The notes under the pieces: generated by a model
Told to the model about the DNA's origin: nothing
Databases searched by the model: none
Seen by the model: the letters and a program-made list of their open reading frames with translations, nothing else
In this document: positions 50,572-59,532 of the stretch, piece after piece
How the letters are laid out: each line of letters starts with the position of its first letter
How positions within the stretch are numbered: position 1 is the first letter of the stretch
NCBI GenBank assembly: GCA_001515205.2
Contig: LQMQ01000007.1
Coordinates: forward strand, 6,028 to 70,027
Reading direction: 5' to 3'
Length of the DNA: 64,000 bases
Source: Candidatus Hadarchaeum yellowstonense
Lineage (GTDB): Archaea; Hadarchaeota; Hadarchaeia; Hadarchaeales; Hadarchaeaceae
Position numbers and translations under genes: made by a program

Positions 50572-51468
50572 TCAACGCGTTGTCACTTCACACCCAGTCT
50601 CGGTGACAATCACGGTGTGCTCCGCCTGTGCCACCTTGCCCTTGGCACGTTCCGCCAAGACATAGTAGGGCCAGAAAGCGCCGCTACCCACCAGCTCCCG
50701 GAGGATTAACTCGAGGCGCAACTTTGACATGCGCTTGGCTAGCCATCTCTCCGCGAACGGCAGCCCATTGTAATCTCGCTTCACGTCGCGTAAAAGCTCC
50801 CGAGACATGCGCAGGCGGGTTGGAACATCGCGCAAGTATCGGAAGATGTAAAGGTCCTTTTTATCCTCCACAAATCCGGCCCCATCCGTGACGAAGGGTT
50901 CAATGGCCAGCACGTCGCCAGCCTTCAAAATCATCCCGGTTGTCTCCTTGACGTTGGGGATGGTGAGCCCCGAGTGAAGATCCCACCGGGCCAAACTGTG
51001 CCCAGTCAGATTGCGTATCGGCTTGAACCCGGCCGCAGTTACCGTCTCCTCGACCACCCTGCCGATCTCGCCGACATCTATTCCCGGTCTCACCATGGCA
51101 ATCGCGGCTTCAAGCGCTTTCTCCACGGCCTGAACCATTTCTGCCTTCTCACCCGTCGCCACCGTGAAAGCGGTATCGGCTATGTAGCCATCCACGTGGG
51201 CTCCGATGTCAACCTTAACCATGTCTCCCTCCTTGATCACGGTAACATCATCCGCGGGTGGGCTGTAGTGGGCCGCCACTTCATTAACCGAAACATTGCA
51301 GGGAAATGCTGGCTTGGCTCCCTTTTCCATAATGAGCCTCTCGGCTGTCTCGGCTATCTCAATCAGGCTGACCCCTGGCTTGACCAGCGGCCTCACCTGC
51401 TCGCGAACTTCGGCAAGCAGCTTTCCTGCCTTCCGATATTTTTCCAGTTCCTCTTGACTCAACACCAT
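50572..51468 (-). CDS. map: Methionine aminopeptidase type II
   Basis: AFPCNVS.NEVAAHY, KVDIGAHVDGYIADTA, NLTGH, AIEPF, QAEHT. Confidence 0.96.
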   Translation of the reverse strand: MVLSQEELEKYRKAGKLLAEVREQVRPLVKPGVSLIEIAETAERLIMEKGAKPAFPCNVSVNEVAAHYSPPADDVTVIKEGDMVKVDIGAHVDGYIADTAFTVATGEKAEMVQAVEKALEAAIAMVRPGIDVGEIGRVVEETVTAAGFKPIRNLTGHSLARWDLHSGLTIPNVKETTGMILKAGDVLAIEPFVTDGAGFVEDKKDLYIFRYLRDVPTRLRMSRELLRDVKRDYNGLPFAERWLAKRMSKLRLELILRELVGSGAFWPYYVLAERAKGKVAQAEHTVIVTETGCEVTTR

Positions 51469-51520
51469 ATCACCAAACGAAAGTTGTTTAATGCGCGGCA
51501 CCAATTAAAACTTGGGGTTT

Positions 51521-51925
51521 ATGGAGGACACCTTCCTCACGGAGTCCCAGCTAAGAGTTCTCCAGCTCAGGCTGAGGGGGCTCACGCAGGCTGAAATAGC
51601 CCGCAGGCTTAACACCTCCCGCGCCAATATCAGCATAATCGAACGCCGGGCCAAGGAGAACATCGCGCGGGCGGAAAGAACCCTGAAGCTTGTGGAAAGG
51701 TTAAAGGCCCCGGTGACAATTACCGTCAACCCGGGAGATGACATCCTTCAGGTGCCCCAAAGGATCTTTGAAGCCGCCGATACTGCCAAGATCAGGGTTA
51801 ACTTGGGGACCGCCGAAATCATCGCCAAGATAAAAGAAGAGGCCGGGGACAGAATCCACGGGCGCTCCGTGACCAAAGGTTTCGAGGTGTCCCTGACGTC
51901 AGATGGGGAAATTCTCATTTCATAA
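51521..51925 (+). CDS. tfx: Tfx family HTH DNA-binding protein (paralog 2)
   Basis: TFLTESQLRVLQLR.RGLTQAEIARRLNTSRANISIIERRA.ENI.RA..TL. Confidence 0.9.
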   Translation: MEDTFLTESQLRVLQLRLRGLTQAEIARRLNTSRANISIIERRAKENIARAERTLKLVERLKAPVTITVNPGDDILQVPQRIFEAADTAKIRVNLGTAEIIAKIKEEAGDRIHGRSVTKGFEVSLTSDGEILIS

Positions 51926-54353
51926 ATCTATCCAGCCCCACCTGCCGCTGCCTCTCAAATTTCAGGTCAATTTCGCGGTATCCCAGCACTTCCATAATTC
52001 TCATGACCGCGGGAAGGACCTGGTGGCCCACGTAGTAATCAGGATCATATTCCCTGCCCTTGAAATCCTCCACCGGCACCGCTCTCTCGCTGATGCTTCC
52101 CGGGCCCTTGACCTCAACGTAAGCAATCATCATGCCTGGCTCAATCTCATGTCCCAGCTCCCTGAGGCGCTTTGCCGCCACCACGTGGGGCCCTATCGCC
52201 TTGTAGCTCTCGATGGGCATCTTGAGCTGGGTGTAGATGATCAGATCCTCGAGGTTCACCCGGCCCTCATAAACATCACGCGTGGTCTTCCTGATGATCT
52301 CTGCGGCCTTCTCGGGAGAGCCATCACGCAGGATCGCCTTCAGCACCTCCTCCTGTGTCTTCTTGGCTATCGCTGCCCAGTCCCTGCGAACGAATTCCAG
52401 CCCCTTGACGACCATGCGGCCTTCGTCATCGATCATGGCATAGCGCTTCTTCGTTATGAAAATGCCGCGGGGATAAAATCCCTCAAGCTCCAGCTCCATG
52501 ATGCCCGGCAGGCTGTCGTTGACTTTTTTCAGAAAAGCTAGGGCCTCCTCGCGCGTCTTGCCATTCAGCTTACAGTGCAAGCTGTCGGTGTCCCCGTAGA
52601 CGACCTCGAGGCCAAACTCCCTCGCCATATCAATGGTCTTATGGATGTAGTGTCTGCCGAAGCTGGTCACGCTCTCGGCACACTCTTTGGAGTACCACCG
52701 GGCCCGGGGATAGCCCAACATACCGTAGAAAGAGTTGGCGACTATCTTCATGGCCCATTGCCGGGCGTCGAGGGCACGGTATTCCTTGGTGCCCCGGACC
52801 AGCTTTTTGAGCTCCGCCTTCAGCTTCATCCTCTCCTCAATGATCCGCTGAAGGGTTGCAGGGATGAACCCCTTCCGGCGCCGGCAGAAGTAATACTCCA
52901 AACCCGGCACTTGCTCCCTTTCCCCCGGCTTGCAGTCCTTGCAGTTCAGAGTGGAGGGATCGATGTTGTGGGTGACGATAATTGAGGGATACAGGGAGCG
53001 GAAGTCGAAAACGACCAAGTTCTCGTGAAGTCCTTTGACGGGCTCCATTACATAGGCGCCGACAAAAGTTTCCTCCATCCTCTCCTCGTATTCCTCCCCC
53101 ACGGGTCTGCCGGGGACCAACTCGCCGATCCTGTGTGCCTCGGCCACGAGCAGCCATTCCACCAGCTGGCCCGGGGTCATCCTCTGCACATCAAAAAGCG
53201 TCTGACCAACAACACGCGTCAGCCCCAGAAAGAGAGGCAGCAGCTCCAGCCCCACCTCCAGTGTGGCATCGGCATCGGACATGGAATATTCCAAAAACTT
53301 GCGGCCCGCATCGCCTCCCTTTTCCCAAGCGTCCACCATCTCGGTGAACTCAAAGTCTGGCTTCTCCTTTCCGAGCAGGTGGCGGTAGACATCGGCCAGC
53401 GAGTAATGAATCAGCTTGATCGACCCGATGGTGGCGAGAAAATCCACCATCGCAAAAACATCAACGTGAATGCGGCCGCGTATCTTAGACGCAGTCGCAA
53501 ACCTGCGCTTGCGCACCACCAGCTCGGAGCCGTCGCGCCCCAGATCAAGCTTTACCTTCAGCTGCTTGGCTCGGCTGCGAATGTAGGGCAGGTCGAAAAG
53601 ATCTGTGTTGTATCCCAGCAGGATGTCGACATCCCTCTCCTTCACCAAGTCAACGAACCTCTTTATCATCTCCCGCTCGCTGCCCACAACCTCAACATAT
53701 TCCTGACTTCTCTCAAAATTCTTCCAGGTGATGACCTTTCTCAGCCCGTTGTTGTCGGCCAAGCTGATCATGATTATCGGATCCTTGTCCGGCCTGACGC
53801 TTCCTGTGGGATTGTAGACCTCGATATCAAAGCTCATAATATTCAGCTTGGGCTCCTCCACCTGAGCCGGCCTCGGCGGGGAGTCCAAGATTACTGTTTT
53901 GATCCCCTGTCTCTCCTCAATTCTACCGTCAAACTCAACGCCCGCCATCGGGGTTAGTCCACGATCAATAAGGTAGCGCCTTGCCGGGGGGATATCGAAC
54001 TCGTAGATTTCTCTGACCCCCGGCAGCTCTCGAATCTTGTGCCGCAACTTGGAGGAATCCTTTGCCTGGTAAAAGGAGACCTTTATCGCTTCGACTTCGT
54101 TCCCTAGAAAGGTCCTTTTAACTATCTCAACTCCCTTGGGCCTGATGCTAACACCGTCTTCCTCCACCTCCACCTTCTCGATGAGCTTGCTGGCCTTGGC
54201 GGGGTGATCTGAAACAACATAAAAATACTCCTCAAAATCAGGGTCGATGGCCACCAATACTTCTGAGCCAGTTTTCACGAATAGCCTTATGCTGGGTTTC
54301 TCCTCCTCTTCAGCATAATCAACGTCCAGCAACAGGCCCTTCATCGACATCAC
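51915..54353 (-). CDS. polB: Family B DNA polymerase (PolB3)
   Basis: Exo motifs FDIE, YNTDLFD, YSMSD; pol motifs DFRSLYPS, KIVANSFYG, YGDTDS; C-terminal PIP box QVGLDRF; no intein. Confidence 0.97.
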   Translation of the reverse strand: MMSMKGLLLDVDYAEEEEKPSIRLFVKTGSEVLVAIDPDFEEYFYVVSDHPAKASKLIEKVEVEEDGVSIRPKGVEIVKRTFLGNEVEAIKVSFYQAKDSSKLRHKIRELPGVREIYEFDIPPARRYLIDRGLTPMAGVEFDGRIEERQGIKTVILDSPPRPAQVEEPKLNIMSFDIEVYNPTGSVRPDKDPIIMISLADNNGLRKVITWKNFERSQEYVEVVGSEREMIKRFVDLVKERDVDILLGYNTDLFDLPYIRSRAKQLKVKLDLGRDGSELVVRKRRFATASKIRGRIHVDVFAMVDFLATIGSIKLIHYSLADVYRHLLGKEKPDFEFTEMVDAWEKGGDAGRKFLEYSMSDADATLEVGLELLPLFLGLTRVVGQTLFDVQRMTPGQLVEWLLVAEAHRIGELVPGRPVGEEYEERMEETFVGAYVMEPVKGLHENLVVFDFRSLYPSIIVTHNIDPSTLNCKDCKPGEREQVPGLEYYFCRRRKGFIPATLQRIIEERMKLKAELKKLVRGTKEYRALDARQWAMKIVANSFYGMLGYPRARWYSKECAESVTSFGRHYIHKTIDMAREFGLEVVYGDTDSLHCKLNGKTREEALAFLKKVNDSLPGIMELELEGFYPRGIFITKKRYAMIDDEGRMVVKGLEFVRRDWAAIAKKTQEEVLKAILRDGSPEKAAEIIRKTTRDVYEGRVNLEDLIIYTQLKMPIESYKAIGPHVVAAKRLRELGHEIEPGMMIAYVEVKGPGSISERAVPVEDFKGREYDPDYYVGHQVLPAVMRIMEVLGYREIDLKFERQRQVGLDRFMK

Positions 54354-54481
54354 AAGAATTTGGGGCGCTCGGAATAAAGACTTTTAATTTTTCCAACGAT
54401 TTCTTCAACGGCTGAATCGCGGGGGCAGAGGGCTCAAAAAGGTTTAAATCCTGACACAAAGTTTTATTCTCAGTGATTTGA

Positions 54482-55534
54482 ATGCCCATACCAAAATATG
54501 TTGGTTCCATGAGGGGAAAGGATTTTATCAACACTCAGGACTTCAGCCAAGCGCAGATAAAAAAGATCCTCGACGCTGCTGATGACCTGAAGAAAAAGTT
54601 CAAGAAGAGAACACCGACACCATACCTTCCCGGCAGGACGCTCTTCATGATCTTCTACAACCGCTCGCTCCGCACGCGCAACTCCTTCGAGGCGGGAATT
54701 TACCAGCTGGGAGGACATGCCCACTTCCTCAGCCCTCAGGACCTCTACACGCCGACCCTGCCCGAGGACATGGTTCCCTACGCCACCGAGGCGATATCAG
54801 ACGTGGCCCGGGTCCTGAGCCGCTACGGCGACGCCATTGCCATCAGGATCTACGGCGACGCGGCCAAGTGGACCATCGGCCGCGGGCACCGAGTCGTACA
54901 GGAGTTTGCCAAATGGGCCGATATTCCTGTGTTGAACATGGAGGACGACATGCACCATCCATTCCAAGCCTTGGCCGACATGCAGGCGGCGCGGGCGGTG
55001 GAACCGAAACTGGAGGGCAAGAAATTCGTTGTCTCCTACGCCTACTCCGGAGGCCTGAAGCCCCTCGCCGTCCCGCAGAACGAGGTGTTGATCACAACCC
55101 AAATGGGAATGGACGTGGTGCTGGCCCACCCCAAGGGCTTTGAGCTTGAGGACAGCATCATCAAAAGCTGCCAAGAAAACGTGGAGAAATACGGCGGAAG
55201 TTTTGAGATCTGCAATGACATGGAAGAGGCCTTTGAGGGAGCCGACTTCGTTTACCCCAAGGCCTGGTCGCCAAAACAGTTTGTGCCGCCCTACAACCCG
55301 ACCGTTGACAAGGAGGGGGCCTCAGCCTACCAGGCAAAGTTCAAGAACTGGATAACCACCATGGAACTGCTGGACAAGACCAACAAGGCCTACTACATGC
55401 ACTGCGGCCCGGCCGACCGGGGACAGGAGGTCACCGACGAGGTCCTTGACACCTACGAGCGCTCGCTCTACTTTGAGCAGGCAGAAAACAGGTTGCACGT
55501 GCAGAAGGCAGTAATGGCCATGGTAATGCCTTAG
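54482..55534 (+). CDS. Knotted-type carbamoyltransferase (YgeW/AOTC-like)
   Basis: SLRTRNSF, HPFQALAD, SYAYSGGLKPLAVPQ, YPKAW, MHCGPADRG.EV, QAENRLH. Confidence 0.85.
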   Translation: MPIPKYVGSMRGKDFINTQDFSQAQIKKILDAADDLKKKFKKRTPTPYLPGRTLFMIFYNRSLRTRNSFEAGIYQLGGHAHFLSPQDLYTPTLPEDMVPYATEAISDVARVLSRYGDAIAIRIYGDAAKWTIGRGHRVVQEFAKWADIPVLNMEDDMHHPFQALADMQAARAVEPKLEGKKFVVSYAYSGGLKPLAVPQNEVLITTQMGMDVVLAHPKGFELEDSIIKSCQENVEKYGGSFEICNDMEEAFEGADFVYPKAWSPKQFVPPYNPTVDKEGASAYQAKFKNWITTMELLDKTNKAYYMHCGPADRGQEVTDEVLDTYERSLYFEQAENRLHVQKAVMAMVMP

Positions 55535-55551
55535 GCACCCTGACGCTGAAG

Positions 55552-55770
55552 TTAACCCCCGCCAACCAAGGGGAAAAAGGAGATGCCCTCCTTTACTTCA
55601 GCGAGCATCCTTTTGACCCTCTCGATGTCAGTGGCATCAACATAAATGCCGTCGATGATGACCGATTGCCCCTCGTAGAATTTTTTCTTTATGAGTTCTA
55701 GGGCTTCCTCTACAGTTAGCTCCTGAATTACATGACCGCCCTCAAGAACCTTAACCTTGTCCATTCTCAT
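55552..55770 (-). CDS. Ubiquitin-like / MoaD-ThiS-type small protein with C-terminal GG
   Basis: LTVEEAL, VIIDG, C-terminus ISFFPLVGGG-stop; abuts the stop codon of the 2Fe-2S subunit gene. Confidence 0.75.
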   Translation of the reverse strand: MRMDKVKVLEGGHVIQELTVEEALELIKKKFYEGQSVIIDGIYVDATDIERVKRMLAEVKEGISFFPLVGGG

Positions 55771-56247
55771 TTACCCTTTAGACATCTCAAGTGCCGCCGC
55801 CTTTATCGCCTTGATGATGTTGATGTAGCCGGTGCAGCGGCAGAGATGTCCCTTCAGGGCTTCCTTTATTTCTTCCACGGTCGGATTCGGATTAATGTCC
55901 AGCAGCCCCTTTGCCATTATGACTATTCCCGGAATACAGAAGCCACACTGAATCGCGCCGTGCTTTACAAAAGCCTCTTGGATCGGATGTAGTTTTCCGT
56001 TGGTCGCTAGGCCCTCTACGGTCGTGATCTCCGCCCCGTCCACAGTGACGGCCAAGGTCAAACAGGAGAGCCTAGGCTCGTTGTTGATCAAAACCGTGCA
56101 AGCGCCGCAGTCGCCCGTCCCGCAGCCATATTTGGTGCCGGTGAGGCCCAACTTGTTCCTCAAAACATTCAAGAGAAGTTCATTGGGCTTAACGCTCAGC
56201 TCGCAATCCTTCCCGTTTACCTTTAACCTAATCTTTCTTTCCTCCAT
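55771..56247 (-). CDS. Molybdenum hydroxylase small (2x[2Fe-2S]) subunit
   Basis: GTKYGCGTGDCGACTV, SCL, QCGFCIPG, HLCRCTGY. Confidence 0.95.
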   Translation of the reverse strand: MEERKIRLKVNGKDCELSVKPNELLLNVLRNKLGLTGTKYGCGTGDCGACTVLINNEPRLSCLTLAVTVDGAEITTVEGLATNGKLHPIQEAFVKHGAIQCGFCIPGIVIMAKGLLDINPNPTVEEIKEALKGHLCRCTGYINIIKAIKAAALEMSKG

Positions 56248-56252
56248 AAAGA

Positions 56253-57089
56253 TCACCTTGCTTTCTCCCATGCCTCCCAAACCACTTTCGGGAAGAGATA
56301 CTTCGCCACCTCCCTGACGTACCAGTTGTCGGGGTCTATCTCCTCCACGACCGCGTCGCAGGCCTCCTCGATGGCTCTTTCGTTGAAAACCTTGCCCTCA
56401 AGCAGCTTCTCTGCCTTCTCCACTCTCTTGGCTACCTCCACGTCTCCGCCGATCGCTATCCTGCAGTGTTCACAGACATCTCCCCTCCGGCCGATGACAA
56501 CAGCAAACTTGATCTTCGTCTTGATCTCACCAAAGGCGGTACCATATCTGCTGTCAAGCACTGGGAGGTGAATTTCAGTAAGCAGCTCATCCGGGGCCAG
56601 CGATGTTTTGCGGTTGCCCACATACACCTTTTCTATGGGTATTGTTCTAGATCCTCGAGCACTGACCACTTTAACCCACGCGTTCAGCACCAAAAGCGGT
56701 GTTGCCGTGCTGGCAGTCGGAGCCGCACTGCAGATGTTCCCGCCGATGGTTCCCATCATCTTGATCTCAAGCTGGATGCTCTTCAGGGCTTCAAGGAGTA
56801 TCGGAAAAGACTGCAACAGCGGTGACTTGATCAGGTCAAAAAAGGTTGCGTTGGCACCCACCACGACTTCATTGCCCACCTTCGCTATTGAACGCAGCTC
56901 CGGTATTTTGCCGATGTAAATCAGATATTTGGGGTTCACCTTTTCGACTTTCATGTCCACGATCAGGTCTGAGCCACCGGCGAGCACCCTGGCCTCCTGG
57001 CCATACTTGGCCAGCAGGTTCACCGCCTCGTTAATTGTTCTGGGCTCAAAGTACTCGAACTCACTCGCCAATATTCTAGTGTTCACCAT
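56253..57089 (-). CDS. Molybdenum hydroxylase medium (FAD) subunit
   Basis: FEYFEP, LAGGSDL, GTIGGNI, ELLTEI; C-terminal part shortened relative to typical CoxM/XdhB. Confidence 0.88.
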   Translation of the reverse strand: MVNTRILASEFEYFEPRTINEAVNLLAKYGQEARVLAGGSDLIVDMKVEKVNPKYLIYIGKIPELRSIAKVGNEVVVGANATFFDLIKSPLLQSFPILLEALKSIQLEIKMMGTIGGNICSAAPTASTATPLLVLNAWVKVVSARGSRTIPIEKVYVGNRKTSLAPDELLTEIHLPVLDSRYGTAFGEIKTKIKFAVVIGRRGDVCEHCRIAIGGDVEVAKRVEKAEKLLEGKVFNERAIEEACDAVVEEIDPDNWYVREVAKYLFPKVVWEAWEKAR

Positions 57090-57090
57090 T

Positions 57091-59436
57091 TTACTCACCA
57101 CCTTTCTCCTTCAGAGCCTTTAGCACCCTTTCAGGCGTTATCGGAGTTTGTCTGATCCATACACCGATAGCGTTGTAAATTGCGTTGGCCACCACCGCAG
57201 GCACAGGGTTTATCGCCGCCTCGCCTATCCCCTTGGCTCCAAAAGGTCCGGTCTCCTCGTAGGTGCTGGCGAAGAAGACCTGGACGTCATCGGGGTTGGG
57301 CATGTCCGGGGCCTTGAGGATGTTGTACCCGGAGAGGAAACCCTTGTTGGTCAACTCACCCGTTTTTCTGTTGTATCTGGTGTCCTCATACAGCGCATAG
57401 CTGAGCCCGCGGTAAAAGCTGCCGTGAATCTGGGCAACCGCATAGATCGGGTCAATGACGGTGCCGCAGTCGGCGCCGACCACGGCCCGCACCGGCCTAA
57501 CCTCTCCTGTCCTCTTGTTCACCTCGACCTCAAGGAAGTAAACGGTATAGGCTGGCGGACACTGAGCTTGCCTGAGGCTATCCACGGCGGCGATCGTCCC
57601 CCAGTTCTTGTTCCTCGCGGTTGCTGCCACTTCCCTGATGGTTATCTCTTTGCCGCTGATCCCCTCGGCGTAAATTATTCCCTGTTTGCGTTTTTCATCA
57701 GGCCTGATCTTGAGGTACTGGGGATAGGTTCCCAGAATTCTCGAAGCATACTCCAGCAGTTTCTGTCTCACCTGTTCGGCAACCTTCTTCAGGGTTCCTC
57801 CGCCGACGTAGACTCCCCTGGTGGCGTGCAGACAGACATCATAAACCGAAGTACAGGTGTCGGTCGGTGCCAGTTCAACGCAGTCAAGAGGCACACCCAA
57901 TGTCTCAGCTACAATTCTCAACCCAGCTTCAAGAGCACCTCCGCCCATGTCCTGCAGCGATGCGATGACATCGACCGTCCCATCCTCGTTTATCTTTATC
58001 ATTGCCCCAGAGAAGTCGACCGCCTCGCCAGGCAGAGGGCCGCCAGCGCCTGAGGTGTGGAAACCGCGGGCCATCCCGATGCCCCTCACGATATCTCCCT
58101 TCTTTTCCTCAGGCCTGCCCCTGTTGCGCCAGCCGATCATTTCTGACCCTTTCTTGATGAGTTCTTCGACACCGCAGCTCCTGATCACCGATCTAACCGT
58201 CGGACCCTGTCCCCAGAAGACATCGCCGAGACCCACATAGTTTTTCAGTTCAACCTCAATGGGATCCAAGCCCAGCTTCTCCGCTATTTCATTCATCATT
58301 GTCTGGGCGATGAAGTTCACCTGCGGGTTCCCGAAGCCCTGCATGGCACAGGCGGGGGCCTTGTTCGTGTAGACTGCCTTGGCCGAGTACTTGATGTGCG
58401 GTATCTTGTAAAGGTCGACCAGCCATCCGGCCATGCAGCCGATGAGGGGATATGCTTGGATATTGTGCGCCCCGATGTCAACAACGACATCCATCTGCCC
58501 GGCAACGAGCCTGCCGTCCTTTTTGGCGCCAAGCTTGTACTTTATGATCATGGAATACCTGCAGTGGTCATACATGTCTTCCTCTCTGGTCGAAACCAGC
58601 TTGACTGGTTTCTTGGCCTTCAACGCGAGGGCAACGCAGATCGGCAGTATCGTGTTCATCTGGATGCTGGAACCGAAAGATCCTCCAAGAGCCACCTTCT
58701 TCACACAGACTTTGTTCAACGGGATGCCAAAGATTTCACCGATGAGAATCCGGCAGTTATGGATCGTCTGCGTTGTCGTCCAGATGGTAACCCCGCCGTT
58801 TGGCTCGGGAACACACACCGCTGATTTAGTTTCCAGCTGAGCGTGGTAAGGTCTGCCCAGCTTGGCCTCCCTCTCGATGACAATGTCTGCCTCCTGGAAT
58901 CCCTTCTCAACGTCCCCCTCGGCTATCTCCAATTTGGCAGCGATGTTGTTCTTTATCTCAACTACCTTGTCCTCGATAATTATGTGGTCATGCAAATTGG
59001 GTTTGCCCGGCTTCATCGCCACTATCGGGTCAAACACCGCCTCCAGGGGCTCGTACTCAACTTCTATCAATTTAAGCGCCTTTTCGGCTTTCTCCTCCGT
59101 CTCCGCCGCCACAGCGGCGATCGGCTCCCCCACATGCAATGGCTTCCCCGTAAGCACCGTCCTGTCCTTGAAGGTCGCCGAGGGAATGCTGACAATTCGC
59201 TCGTTGTACTTTATCTTCGGCGTTTCCTCAAAGGTGATACACACTGCACCCATGGCCTCGGCTTTGCTGGTGTCAATCCTCTTGACCCTGGCATGGGGAT
59301 AGGGGCTCCTCAGAACTCTGCCGTAGAGCATGCCGGGAACGACAACATCGGTGGTAAACTTCTCCTGTCCGGTAACCTTGGGAATCGCATCCTTTCGGGG
59401 GGCCGGCTTCCCTACTGTGTAAAATTGGCTCGACAA
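57091..59436 (-). CDS. Xanthine dehydrogenase-family molybdopterin-binding large subunit
   Basis: KVTG, LRSPYPHA, GGSFG, GFGNPQ, DCG.VI.P, Q..G, GPFGAKGIGE. TTG start at 59436 after GGTG (ORF track starts at 59493). Confidence 0.95.
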   Translation of the reverse strand: MSSQFYTVGKPAPRKDAIPKVTGQEKFTTDVVVPGMLYGRVLRSPYPHARVKRIDTSKAEAMGAVCITFEETPKIKYNERIVSIPSATFKDRTVLTGKPLHVGEPIAAVAAETEEKAEKALKLIEVEYEPLEAVFDPIVAMKPGKPNLHDHIIIEDKVVEIKNNIAAKLEIAEGDVEKGFQEADIVIEREAKLGRPYHAQLETKSAVCVPEPNGGVTIWTTTQTIHNCRILIGEIFGIPLNKVCVKKVALGGSFGSSIQMNTILPICVALALKAKKPVKLVSTREEDMYDHCRYSMIIKYKLGAKKDGRLVAGQMDVVVDIGAHNIQAYPLIGCMAGWLVDLYKIPHIKYSAKAVYTNKAPACAMQGFGNPQVNFIAQTMMNEIAEKLGLDPIEVELKNYVGLGDVFWGQGPTVRSVIRSCGVEELIKKGSEMIGWRNRGRPEEKKGDIVRGIGMARGFHTSGAGGPLPGEAVDFSGAMIKINEDGTVDVIASLQDMGGGALEAGLRIVAETLGVPLDCVELAPTDTCTSVYDVCLHATRGVYVGGGTLKKVAEQVRQKLLEYASRILGTYPQYLKIRPDEKRKQGIIYAEGISGKEITIREVAATARNKNWGTIAAVDSLRQAQCPPAYTVYFLEVEVNKRTGEVRPVRAVVGADCGTVIDPIYAVAQIHGSFYRGLSYALYEDTRYNRKTGELTNKGFLSGYNILKAPDMPNPDDVQVFFASTYEETGPFGAKGIGEAAINPVPAVVANAIYNAIGVWIRQTPITPERVLKALKEKGGE

Positions 59437-59532
59437 TCTTTCACCTTTTTTGTCATGCCTTTTTTGTTCCCGTGAGATAAACTTGGTTTGCAAATAAAAA
59501 CTTTGTGTTTTTCAAATAATTTTAAAAATTTC

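Noticed and set aside
55771..59436. Aerobic CO dehydrogenase (CoxMSL) or selenocysteine recoding
   Set aside because: No AYxCSFR motif and no in-frame TGA.
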